Of a stretch of DNA of 55,102 bases, positions 46,439-54,548 are shown piece by piece (position 1 is the stretch's first letter; every line of letters starts with the position of its first letter). The position numbers and the translations under genes are program-made. The notes under the pieces were generated by a model. That model was not told the origin of the DNA. It searched no databases and saw nothing but the letters and a program-made list of their open reading frames with translations. This DNA is from an uncultured bacterium (GTDB lineage: Bacteria; Patescibacteriota; Minisyncoccia; Phycocordibacterales; UBA9973): the NCBI GenBank assembly GCA_937903035.1, contig CALCZP010000003.1:131156-186257 (forward strand), read 5' to 3'.

Positions 46439-46466
46439 AGCTGCGTTACATAACGCAGCTTTTTTT
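46437..46466. terminator. bidirectional intrinsic terminator overlapping the thrS stop
   Basis: AAAGCTGCGTT-ACAT-AACGCAGCTTTTTTT. Confidence 0.7.
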
Positions 46467-48216
46467 ATTGCATATCTTTTCGTTCACTGATTTCTGACTG
46501 TAGTCGTCCAAGTAGTGCTTCAAGGGTAAGTCCTTCAAGTTTCGTGCCATCACGACGCTCAACGGTGTAGGTGCCTGACCCGATTTCTTTATCGCCGATA
46601 ACAAGTACATAGGGAGGACGGACTGCTTTTGCAGCATAAATGCGCTTACCTAGGCTGTTGTTGTCATCATATATCTCACTTCGAATCATAGCTCCACGAA
46701 GTTTTTGATGAAGCTTCTTTGCTTCTACTGTATGAGTATCTTTGACTGGAATAATTGCGAGCTGAAGCGGCGCGAGCCAGGTTGGGAATTCGCCACCATA
46801 GTGCTCAGTGAGAAAGCCAATGAAGCGCTCATGGGTGCCAAGCGGTGCACGGTGAATACATAGCGGCGTTTGCTGTGTACCTTCATTATCAGTATAGGTT
46901 AGTCCAAAGCGTGCGGGTACTGCAAAGTCGACTTGGTTGGTCGCAAGAGTAAACTCGCGTCCAATTGCGCTCCATACTTGCACATCAATTTTAGGGCCAT
47001 AAAATGCAGCCTCGTCCTCAACTTCTACGAATGGAATGTTAGCATCAACAAGTGTCTGCCTGACCATTGCCTCGGTTTTTTTCCAGAGCTCTGGTTCATC
47101 CACATACTTTTTACCAAGTTTTGCTGGATCATGTTTTGAAAGGCGCATGACGTACTTCTCAATCCCAAAGATCTTGAAATACCGTAGGTAGAGCTCATTC
47201 ACTTTGCCAAATTCTTCTGCAAACTGCTCCTCAGTACAGTAGATGTGCGCATCGTTCATCTGTAGTGCTCGCACGCGCATGAGTCCAAAGAGTTCACCAC
47301 TTTTTTCATGACGATAGCAAGTACCATACTCTGCAAGGCGAAGCGGAAGATCGCGGTAGCTGCGCTGTTCGGCATCAAAGATTTTGTGATGATGAGGGCA
47401 GTTCATCGCTTTCAAGTAATACTTACCACCATCATACTCCATTGGAGGGTACATGGAGTCCTCGTAGTACGGGAGATGTCCTGAGGTGAGGTACATAGAC
47501 TCCTTTGCAAGATGTGGCGTGCGCACACGAACGTACTCTTGTTCAAACTCTGATTCTTTTGCAAGACGCTCGAGTTCTTCGATCATTGCTGCACCGTTTG
47601 GAAGCCAGAGTGGTAGTCCACCACCAACATCTTCATCGAATGCAAAGAGTGACATTTCTTTACCGAGTTTGCGGTGATCGCGTTTTTCAGCTTCAGCACG
47701 CATCGTGAGGTATGCATCAAGTGCGCCCTTAGACTCAAACGCAAACCCATAGATACGGGTGAGCATCGCATTGTGTTCGTTTCCACGCCAATACGCACCT
47801 GCAATACGGTCGAGTTTGAAACTCTCTGGATCAATAGAGCTTAGGTCGTCGATATGGCCACCACGGCAGAGGTCGGTGAATTCACCCATTGTGTAGAGGG
47901 TGATTTTCTCACCACGATCAACGATCTCATTGATGAGTTCTTCTTTAAATTCATTCCCCTTAAAATACGCAAGTGCTTCATCTTTTGACACTTCTTTATG
48001 AGTCACCGTCTTCCAGGTAGGGAGGAGGTCACGCATCGTTGCTTCAATAACCTTCAGCTCATCGGTGCCAACAGGTCCAGAAAATTTAAAATCATAATAA
48101 AATCCATCATCGATCGCGGGCCCGAGGGTGAGTTTGGCATCGGGGTAGTGCTTGAGCGTCGCTGCACCAAGTAGGTGGGCAAGTGAGTGACGAAGGTGTG
48201 AAATGTCGTGTTGCAT
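46465..48216 (-). CDS. thrS: threonyl-tRNA synthetase (no N-terminal TGS domain)
   Basis: It starts in the editing domain (HLRHSLAHLLG HxxxH), followed by a class II catalytic core and a C-terminal anticodon-binding domain; 583 aa. Confidence 0.95.
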   Translation of the reverse strand: MQHDISHLRHSLAHLLGAATLKHYPDAKLTLGPAIDDGFYYDFKFSGPVGTDELKVIEATMRDLLPTWKTVTHKEVSKDEALAYFKGNEFKEELINEIVDRGEKITLYTMGEFTDLCRGGHIDDLSSIDPESFKLDRIAGAYWRGNEHNAMLTRIYGFAFESKGALDAYLTMRAEAEKRDHRKLGKEMSLFAFDEDVGGGLPLWLPNGAAMIEELERLAKESEFEQEYVRVRTPHLAKESMYLTSGHLPYYEDSMYPPMEYDGGKYYLKAMNCPHHHKIFDAEQRSYRDLPLRLAEYGTCYRHEKSGELFGLMRVRALQMNDAHIYCTEEQFAEEFGKVNELYLRYFKIFGIEKYVMRLSKHDPAKLGKKYVDEPELWKKTEAMVRQTLVDANIPFVEVEDEAAFYGPKIDVQVWSAIGREFTLATNQVDFAVPARFGLTYTDNEGTQQTPLCIHRAPLGTHERFIGFLTEHYGGEFPTWLAPLQLAIIPVKDTHTVEAKKLHQKLRGAMIRSEIYDDNNSLGKRIYAAKAVRPPYVLVIGDKEIGSGTYTVERRDGTKLEGLTLEALLGRLQSEISERKDMQ

Positions 48217-48222
48217 AGAAAA

Positions 48223-48231
48223 ACTATACCA
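48223..48231 (-). promoter_or_regulatory. extended -10 box TGgTATAGT 6 nt upstream of the thrS ATG
   Basis: The minus strand reads TGGTATAGT-TTTTCT-ATG (ATG = complement of 48214-48216). Confidence 0.45.
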
Positions 48232-48301
48232 TCAAATAACGGTTTTTCGAATGCCTTGACAGAATTTATATTTTTAGTACATTGATATCAAATTATATCT
48301 T

Positions 48302-48874
48302 ATGACTGCAACAATTGCCGAGCCTCTTATCATAGAGTCGCTTGAAGAATTACAGTACATTCAATCAGAGCCATTTACTCAACTTAGATTTATTTCGGGT
48401 ACGTCATTAAATCATACATTTGGTGCCATTTGTATTGTGTATGATATCGATATTGACGCAGTGCTGGTCATTCCTTATTTTTTGAAAAAATCACATGAGC
48501 AATTAGAGAAAATTGAAATTTCTGAAAATCCTGAAAGTCTTGCATTGCGATTGATAGTAAAAGAAGCTGAAATGAAATCAAGCAGGGTAAACGTCCTTGG
48601 TTCACCTATTGGTGTTCCAGACAAAAGATCACTAGATCAGACATTTTTCAAATATATCGTTTTAATAACGAACTTCGAACCAGAAGATCGAATTGAAATC
48701 GAAGTAAATTCGACCAAAACAGGAAAACCTGTTTGGGTAAAACGAGAATTACTCAGGTATATTTTTGAAGAGAAGCCACTGATCAATGATTTTCCAAGAA
48801 AACATCCGCACCTTGAAGCCTATCAGCGATTTATGGAAGATTTCCCTCTGAGAAGTGAGTTAGAGCAATGGTGA
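48302..48874 (+). CDS. hypothetical protein (190 aa), AT-rich
   Basis: ORF with its own terminator. I recognised no family, and the resemblance to a Nudix-like fold is only vague. Confidence 0.45.
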   Translation: MTATIAEPLIIESLEELQYIQSEPFTQLRFISGTSLNHTFGAICIVYDIDIDAVLVIPYFLKKSHEQLEKIEISENPESLALRLIVKEAEMKSSRVNVLGSPIGVPDKRSLDQTFFKYIVLITNFEPEDRIEIEVNSTKTGKPVWVKRELLRYIFEEKPLINDFPRKHPHLEAYQRFMEDFPLRSELEQW

Positions 48875-48882
48875 GAATGAGG

Positions 48883-48906
48883 CCACGCAGTGATGCGTGG
48901 TTTTTT
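48883..48906 (+). terminator. intrinsic terminator
   Basis: CCACGCA-GTGA-TGCGTGG followed by TTTTTT. Confidence 0.7.
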
Positions 48907-48945
48907 ATTTACTTTTTTTACATACTAGTGTATGATATTTCCCAT

Positions 48946-49197
48946 ATGGTAGTACGAATGAGACACACACGAGCACACACGGCTAACCGTCGCTCACATC
49001 ATGCACTTAAGGATGCAGCAATCAGTACTGACACCAAAACTGGTGCAGTACACCTCCGTCACCGCGCAAGCAAGGATGGTATGTACAAAGGACGTTCAGT
49101 CATGGGTGATCCAGTCAAGAAAGTTATGAAAAAGCAGGCAAAGCCAGCCGCGAAGAAAGTAGCAAAGAAGGCTCCAAGCAAAAAAGCTAAAAAATAA
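48946..49197 (+). CDS. rpmF: 50S ribosomal protein L32 with a Lys/Ala-rich C-terminal extension
   Basis: HTANRRSHHALK ... TGAVHLRHRASKDGMYKGRSV aligns with the bL32 core (RRSHDAL ... HLRHH..DG.YRGR). It is followed by KKVMKKQAKPAAKKVAKKAPSKKAKK. Confidence 0.85.
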   Translation: MVVRMRHTRAHTANRRSHHALKDAAISTDTKTGAVHLRHRASKDGMYKGRSVMGDPVKKVMKKQAKPAAKKVAKKAPSKKAKK

Positions 49198-49205
49198 TCA
49201 CTATT

Positions 49206-50105
49206 ATGGCAAATCGGCACCTTTCTAGGTCCATCGTTCTTCAATCACTGTTCGAATGGGATTTCACGGGATACCCGGATGGTATGCGTGTGACCGTTGA
49301 CCGAAACATTGCCGAATTTGCTCCTGGTCACAACGATACCGCATTTATCTATGGTCTTGCTGAGCTCGTCGAGCGCAAGCGCACGATCATTGACGATATT
49401 ATCACCAAGGCTGCGCCTGAATGGCCACTCGACAAGATCTCAAACGTTGATCGTAACGTTCTTCGCATGGGACTTGCGGAACTTCTCTTTGGTGATCGTG
49501 AACAAGTACCTCCAAAAGTTGCAATTAACGAATCTATTGAACTCGCCAAGACGTTTGGCGGAGAAAACAGTGGTAAATTTGTCAACGGTGTGCTCGGCGC
49601 TGTCTACAAAGAAATTGGTGAGCCTGGCAAAGACCAGACGACCAAGCAAAAAGGTCCAAAGCCGGTAGTTGAAGAAGATCTTTCCAAGATTCCTATCGAA
49701 CAAAAAGCGGGTGCTATTATTTATGCAAAACATGATGGTGTTGTATATCTTGCACTCGTCCATGATGTGTTTGGCTATTGGACCCTTTCAAAAGGAGGTG
49801 TAGAAGCTAATGAGAGTATTGAGGACGGTGCAGTGCGTGAGATTAAAGAAGAGCTTGGTATTGATATTACTATCGAAGACAAGCTTGGAGATATCGAATA
49901 CATGGCATTTCATCCAGTCGAAGGCAAGATTCGCAAGCAGGTTGCATTCTTCCTCGCAAAGGCTGACTATCAGGAACTCAAGCTTCAAAGCAGTGGTGGT
50001 CTCGATAAGGCCGCATGGTTTCAATTGCATGAAGTGGTTGACTTGACCGTCTACGATGATATATTGCCGCTGATCGCAAAGGCGATCGAACTTATCAATA
50101 AGTAA
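49206..50105 (+). CDS. nusB: NusB antitermination factor fused to a C-terminal Nudix hydrolase domain
   Basis: Residues ~1-135 are NusB (RSIVLQSLFEWDF, DRNVLRMGLAELLF, INESIELAKTFGGENSGKFVNGVLGAV). The C-terminal ~135 aa carry a perfect Nudix box, GGVEANESIEDGAVREIKEELGI. Confidence 0.85.
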   Translation: MANRHLSRSIVLQSLFEWDFTGYPDGMRVTVDRNIAEFAPGHNDTAFIYGLAELVERKRTIIDDIITKAAPEWPLDKISNVDRNVLRMGLAELLFGDREQVPPKVAINESIELAKTFGGENSGKFVNGVLGAVYKEIGEPGKDQTTKQKGPKPVVEEDLSKIPIEQKAGAIIYAKHDGVVYLALVHDVFGYWTLSKGGVEANESIEDGAVREIKEELGIDITIEDKLGDIEYMAFHPVEGKIRKQVAFFLAKADYQELKLQSSGGLDKAAWFQLHEVVDLTVYDDILPLIAKAIELINK

Positions 50106-50154
50106 CAACAATGACTATTGGCGCATGGGGATCACAATCCGCATACGCGAGTAG

Positions 50155-50160
50155 TACAAT
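50155..50160 (+). promoter_or_regulatory. -10 box TACAAT 6 nt upstream of the rnc ATG
   Basis: TACAAT at 50155-50160 and ATG at 50167. Confidence 0.45.
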
Positions 50161-50166
50161 CCATAT

Positions 50167-50856
50167 ATGAAAGATTTTACCCCCTTTGAACGCTCACTCA
50201 GTATTTCATTCACTGACAAAGCAATCCTTGCTCGTGCATTTACTCACCGTTCGTATATCAATGAAAATCCTCGTTCAGGACTCGAACATAATGAACGGTA
50301 TGAATTTCTTGGTGATGCGGTGATTGAGCTCATTATTACTGACTATTTGTTTCGTCAGTATCCAACTCATGCTGAGGGTGATCTCACTGCATACCGAAGT
50401 GCACTTGTAAACGCAATCATCATGGGCGAGGCGGCAAGTGAACTCGGGATGAATGACTACCTCCTCCTTTCAAAAGGTGAGCAAAAAGACACTGGTCGTG
50501 CACGGCAAACAATCCTTGCCAATGCATATGAAGCATTTGTTGGTGCGCTCTATCTTGATCAGGGCTATGATGTTTGTGTGACATTTGTGACCAATAGTCT
50601 TATTCCTCGACTTCCTGAGATCATCAAAAAGAAGCTTTGGAAAGACGCAAAAAGTTTGGTCCAAGAAGAAGCACAAGAACGACTCAATCTTACACCGTCA
50701 TACAAAGTGGTCGCAGAGACAGGTCCAGATCATGATAAGTGGTTCACGATCGGTATTTACTTTGGTGATAAAAAAATAGCTGAAGGTAAGGGACGTTCCA
50801 AGCAAGAAGGTGAGCAGAGTGCAGCACGTGCTGCACTCGAAGCAAAAGGGTGGTAG
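50167..50856 (+). CDS. rnc: ribonuclease III
   Basis: Signature NERYEFLGDAVIEL, catalytic EAFVGALYLD, and a C-terminal dsRBD. Confidence 0.95.
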   Translation: MKDFTPFERSLSISFTDKAILARAFTHRSYINENPRSGLEHNERYEFLGDAVIELIITDYLFRQYPTHAEGDLTAYRSALVNAIIMGEAASELGMNDYLLLSKGEQKDTGRARQTILANAYEAFVGALYLDQGYDVCVTFVTNSLIPRLPEIIKKKLWKDAKSLVQEEAQERLNLTPSYKVVAETGPDHDKWFTIGIYFGDKKIAEGKGRSKQEGEQSAARAALEAKGW

Positions 50857-50864
50857 CAACTCCA

Positions 50865-50873
50865 TGCTATACT
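50865..50873 (+). promoter_or_regulatory. extended -10 box TGcTATACT 7 nt upstream of the smc ATG
   Basis: TGCTATACT at 50865-50873 and ATG at 50881. Confidence 0.45.
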
Positions 50874-50880
50874 TTTGATC

Positions 50881-53139
50881 ATGCGCCTCAAGCATATCGA
50901 GCTGGTTGGCTTTAAATCGTTTGCGAAAAAAGCAACGCTTTCTTTCAATACTCCAGTGACCGCAGTAGTGGGTCCTAATGGTTCTGGTAAATCAAATGTT
51001 GTTGAAGCATTTCGTTTTGTACTTGGTGAGCAGTCAATGAAAAGTATGCGTGGAAAAGTGGGTGCTGACCTAATCTTTCGCGGTGCTGGTGCCAAAATGA
51101 ACCGTGCTGCAGTCTCAATCACCTTTGATAATAGTGACAAGGTTTTTGGGTTTCAAACGGGCGAAGGCAAGTCGCCACTCCTCTTTGATACAGTAACATT
51201 TACTCGTGAGCTCTTTGCTGACGGGACGAGCAAGTACTCGATGAATGGAAGCGAGATTAAGCTCAAGGCAATGACTGAGCTTCTCTCATCAGTTAATATC
51301 GGTACCTCGAGTCATCATATTATCTCGCAGGGTGAGGCTGATGGAATACTACGTGCCAATCCTCGAGAGCGTCGTGAAATGCTTGAGGATGCGCTTGGGC
51401 TCAAGATCTACCATTTTCGCATCAAGGAAAGTGAATCTAAGCTCGCCAAAGCAACAAATACACTTAAGGAAGTACAATCACTTCGTCGCGAGCTTGCACC
51501 GCATCTCAAGTTTCTGCAGAAGCAGGTTGAGAAGATTGAAAAGGGTCGTGCGATTCGTACTGAGCTTGAGGATGCACTGTTGAGATTTCTCGCGACTGAG
51601 CGTGCGCAGCTTGGGCAGGAAGATATGCGACTTCGTGATGCAATGCAGCTTATCAAAGATCGCAAGCAGGCTATTGAGTCCAAACTCGCCGCCCTTCCAG
51701 ATGAAGTTTCTGTGCAAGATGATGAAAGTATTACGGTGCTTTCTAAGTTTCGCACCGAGCTCTCCCATGTCCGTGATGAACGTCGCAGTATTGAGCAGAA
51801 GGTGAGTCGTCTCGAAGGGATGCTTGAAGCGCATCGGCATATTGCTCGTGTGCCGCACAAGCCGATCACTCATCCATCTATCATATTTGCACCGAGCGAG
51901 TACCATCAGATTATTTCTGATATCGAATTTTTCATAACCGCAGTACGCAGTGCAGAGTCGCTCGATGATGCACGTCATGCGATGGCTCGTATCGAACCAA
52001 TCCTTTCCAAGCTCAAATCGCGCGAACCAAAGAGTGAGCCGGTTGAGTCGCACCCCCAGCCCGATCATCAGCTCCTCAAAGATACCGCGCTTGAGCTCGA
52101 AGGACTCGCAGTGTCACTTACATCTCTTATCAAAAGAGAGGATCATATCCAACAGCAAATCAATGCTACAGAGTCAGCTCGCGAAGCATCACTTGTCGAT
52201 GCGCGTATTGCGACCCGTGCACGGTATGAATTGCAGAATGAGCTGACGCACTGTGACGCAGAGCAACAGATACTCATGGTCTCACAGAGTGGCTTTGTTG
52301 CTCGCAAGGAGCAGTTTGATGCTGACCTCAAGGAAGCAGGATTCATGTTTGGTCCGACTTTTTTGCACAAGCTGAAAGAAAGCGTTGTAGTGCCTGAGAT
52401 TGATCTCCATACATTGAAACGCGATATTGATCGTCTCAAGATCAGACTTGATGAGCATTCAGGTATCGGCAACGATGTGCTTGGTGAATATGACACAGCA
52501 CGAGAGCGCGATGAATTCTTGGCACGTGAACTTAGTGATACTGAAGGAAGTATTAGAAATCTTGAATCGCTCATTATTGAGCTCAAGAAAGTTCTTGATG
52601 AGCAGTTTACGGGCGGTGTCAAAATCATCAATGAGCGCTTTAGTGAATTCTTCAAGTCGATGTTCGGTGGCGGCAATGCATTCCTCTCGATCACCCTTGA
52701 AAAGAAGCGTAAACGAAAGATGTCAGAAGAGGAGCTGATGGAAGATATGGAACAGTCTGGTGAGGATGATGATCAACTCTTTGAGCGGGGTATTGATGTG
52801 CATGTAAGTCTACCTGAAAAGAAGGTGAAGGAGATTCACATGTTCTCAGGTGGTGAGCGATCACTCGTCTCCATTGCGCTTCTCTTTGCGATTTCACAGG
52901 TGAACCCACCACCATTTCTTGTACTTGATGAGACTGACGCAGCACTCGACGAAGCAAATAGTCGTAAGTATGGCGATATGATCGAACGCCTTGCTGAATA
53001 CTCACAGCTCATCGTGGTGACACACAATCGTGAGACCATGTCTCGCGCATCAGTTCTTTATGGTGTGACCCTTGGTGCTGATGCGGGATCTAAACTCCTC
53101 TCAATCAAATTTGATGATGCAGTGAAAGTTGCGAAATAA
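50881..53139 (+). CDS. smc: SMC chromosome-condensation ATPase, unusually short (752 aa) with no recognisable hinge
   Basis: N-head IELVGFKSFAKK...VVGPNGSGKSNVVEAFRFVLGEQS. C-head signature FSGGERSLVSIALLFA and Walker B FLVLDETDAALD. rnc-smc synteny as in Firmicutes. Confidence 0.88.
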   Translation: MRLKHIELVGFKSFAKKATLSFNTPVTAVVGPNGSGKSNVVEAFRFVLGEQSMKSMRGKVGADLIFRGAGAKMNRAAVSITFDNSDKVFGFQTGEGKSPLLFDTVTFTRELFADGTSKYSMNGSEIKLKAMTELLSSVNIGTSSHHIISQGEADGILRANPRERREMLEDALGLKIYHFRIKESESKLAKATNTLKEVQSLRRELAPHLKFLQKQVEKIEKGRAIRTELEDALLRFLATERAQLGQEDMRLRDAMQLIKDRKQAIESKLAALPDEVSVQDDESITVLSKFRTELSHVRDERRSIEQKVSRLEGMLEAHRHIARVPHKPITHPSIIFAPSEYHQIISDIEFFITAVRSAESLDDARHAMARIEPILSKLKSREPKSEPVESHPQPDHQLLKDTALELEGLAVSLTSLIKREDHIQQQINATESAREASLVDARIATRARYELQNELTHCDAEQQILMVSQSGFVARKEQFDADLKEAGFMFGPTFLHKLKESVVVPEIDLHTLKRDIDRLKIRLDEHSGIGNDVLGEYDTARERDEFLARELSDTEGSIRNLESLIIELKKVLDEQFTGGVKIINERFSEFFKSMFGGGNAFLSITLEKKRKRKMSEEELMEDMEQSGEDDDQLFERGIDVHVSLPEKKVKEIHMFSGGERSLVSIALLFAISQVNPPPFLVLDETDAALDEANSRKYGDMIERLAEYSQLIVVTHNRETMSRASVLYGVTLGADAGSKLLSIKFDDAVKVAK

Positions 53140-53164
53140 TATCTAATATATAGTATTAAACTCT

Positions 53165-53485
53165 ATGGCAACGATCTACAATAAACTCATTCGCGATAAA
53201 GTTCTTGATATACTCGACAAAAAAGGCATTGCACACAAGTCGCATATTGCAGATGATCAAGAGTTTGAGGAAAAGCTATTTCTTAAACTACTTGAAGAAG
53301 CAGCTGAAGTTGCTACTGAAGAGGATAGTGAAAAGCTCAAAGAAGAACTCGCTGATTTACTAGAAGTGATTGAGGCCATCAAGTCTCACAAAGGTTTTAC
53401 TACAGCAGAAATTGAAGAAACCCGTCTTGCAAAAATTGCTGAGCGCGGTAGTTTTGACAAACGGATTATTCTTGAGGAGTCCTAG
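53165..53485 (+). CDS. MazG-like / phosphoribosyl-ATP pyrophosphohydrolase-like small NTP pyrophosphatase
   Basis: YNKLIRDKVLDIL N-terminus and EExxE acidic helices (LLEEAAEV, ELADLLEVIEAI); 106 aa. Confidence 0.65.
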   Translation: MATIYNKLIRDKVLDILDKKGIAHKSHIADDQEFEEKLFLKLLEEAAEVATEEDSEKLKEELADLLEVIEAIKSHKGFTTAEIEETRLAKIAERGSFDKRIILEES

Positions 53486-53652
53486 TTGATTTTCCTGTTA
53501 AAAAGGAGTTTACTGAAACAAATAGCATGCGTATGAAACAAGTAATAAGGTTCTGTAAAGACTTCGTATTCCTCTTTATTTTTATGTATCAAAGCTTTCA
53601 AATCCTCAAAGCTCGAGCAAAAGCTGAAGACTTGTTGCAGAACTAATCAAGG

Positions 53653-53688
53653 CACCCGACCGGTAGGTACTGTCGGGTGTTTACTTTT
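53653..53688 (+). terminator. hairpin with a weak U-tract in the AT-rich spacer
   Basis: CACCCGAC-11 nt-GTCGGGTG followed by TTTACTTTT. Confidence 0.35.
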
Positions 53689-53732
53689 ATATAATATGTG
53701 CTATTGTTTGATCCAACCAAATTGTACGTTAT

Positions 53733-54305
53733 ATGCAACAAAAAACCCTGGTCGCCACTACCGAGAAAGTGACTTCAACTGTTGAACTCAATCATCAAGA
53801 AGTAAAAGAGGCACTTCTGGTGATACTTTTTTCTTTTTGGAAAAAAATGAGGATGTTTCATTTGAGTCCTCCAAAAAAGATTCACCTGTTTTACTCTATT
53901 GAGAAAGTACAAATTCTCAATGACGAGCAGGAATGCCTCATTGTGTTTTCCAATATGAAACTTGGAAAGCAGGTCTATGACCTACTCAAAAGTAGTCTGA
54001 CAGATTCTCCTGAGAATGTGCTCAAACGCATTAAGGGTCGTATCAATCAAGACAAGGAAACAAGTGCTCGAAACATGTTAATGCAGCTGATCGATGAGCA
54101 TTCTACGGTTACGTACCCATGGCCGTGGGGACTGGACGATGATGGGTTGATTCTGGTTTGCAAAAATGGAACCAGTATCTTCTTTGCCCCAGAGCAAATT
54201 AGTTGGGAGATTTTAAGAAAAATCATTGAGGTGAAAAAGACAGCAAAACCAAAGGCATCACCTAAAGCCCTTAACCAAGGAAGATACTCAAGTACGGCAT
54301 ACTAG
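53733..54305 (+). CDS. hypothetical protein (190 aa)
   Basis: ORF followed by a strong terminator. I recognised no family. Confidence 0.4.
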   Translation: MQQKTLVATTEKVTSTVELNHQEVKEALLVILFSFWKKMRMFHLSPPKKIHLFYSIEKVQILNDEQECLIVFSNMKLGKQVYDLLKSSLTDSPENVLKRIKGRINQDKETSARNMLMQLIDEHSTVTYPWPWGLDDDGLILVCKNGTSIFFAPEQISWEILRKIIEVKKTAKPKASPKALNQGRYSSTAY

Positions 54306-54327
54306 AGTGCTTGACTAGGCCGCATTT

Positions 54328-54360
54328 AAAGCCTATTTCCCAAGGGGAAATAGGCTTTTT
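54328..54360 (+). terminator. intrinsic terminator
   Basis: AAAGCCTATTTCCCCAAGGGGAAATAGGCTTTTT. Confidence 0.75.
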
Positions 54361-54367
54361 GTATTGC

Positions 54368-54395
54368 TTGACTTTCAAACCTTGCCGTATATAAT
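54368..54395 (+). promoter_or_regulatory. candidate rRNA operon promoter
   Basis: TTGACT (54368-54373), a 16-nt spacer, then TATAAT (54390-54395), about 155 nt upstream of the 16S 5' end. Confidence 0.55.
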
Positions 54396-54548
54396 AGGGG
54401 TCGCTCACAAGTTCGAGCAAGTTGTTTGAAAATTGTATAGTACGTAATGCAAAACAATCCAAAATAACCTGTTTATTTTATTTGAGAGGCAAAATGAAAG
54501 TCATCTTTCTTTTGCCTCGGTCTAAGACATACTTATTTATAAGTGTCT

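Noticed and set aside
50881-53485. The short SMC-like ATPase plus the MazG-like gene as a Lamassu/Wadjet-type defence module.
   Set aside because: The head motifs are those of the chromosomal SMC, and the rnc-smc order is the conserved housekeeping synteny. No nuclease or kleisin-like partner genes are adjacent.
53526-53645. 39-codon ORF (MRMKQVIRFCKDFVFLFIFMYQSF...) upstream of the hairpin at 53653.
   Set aside because: It is too short, has no supporting promoter or start context, and cannot be checked for conservation here. It is mentioned only as a possibility.
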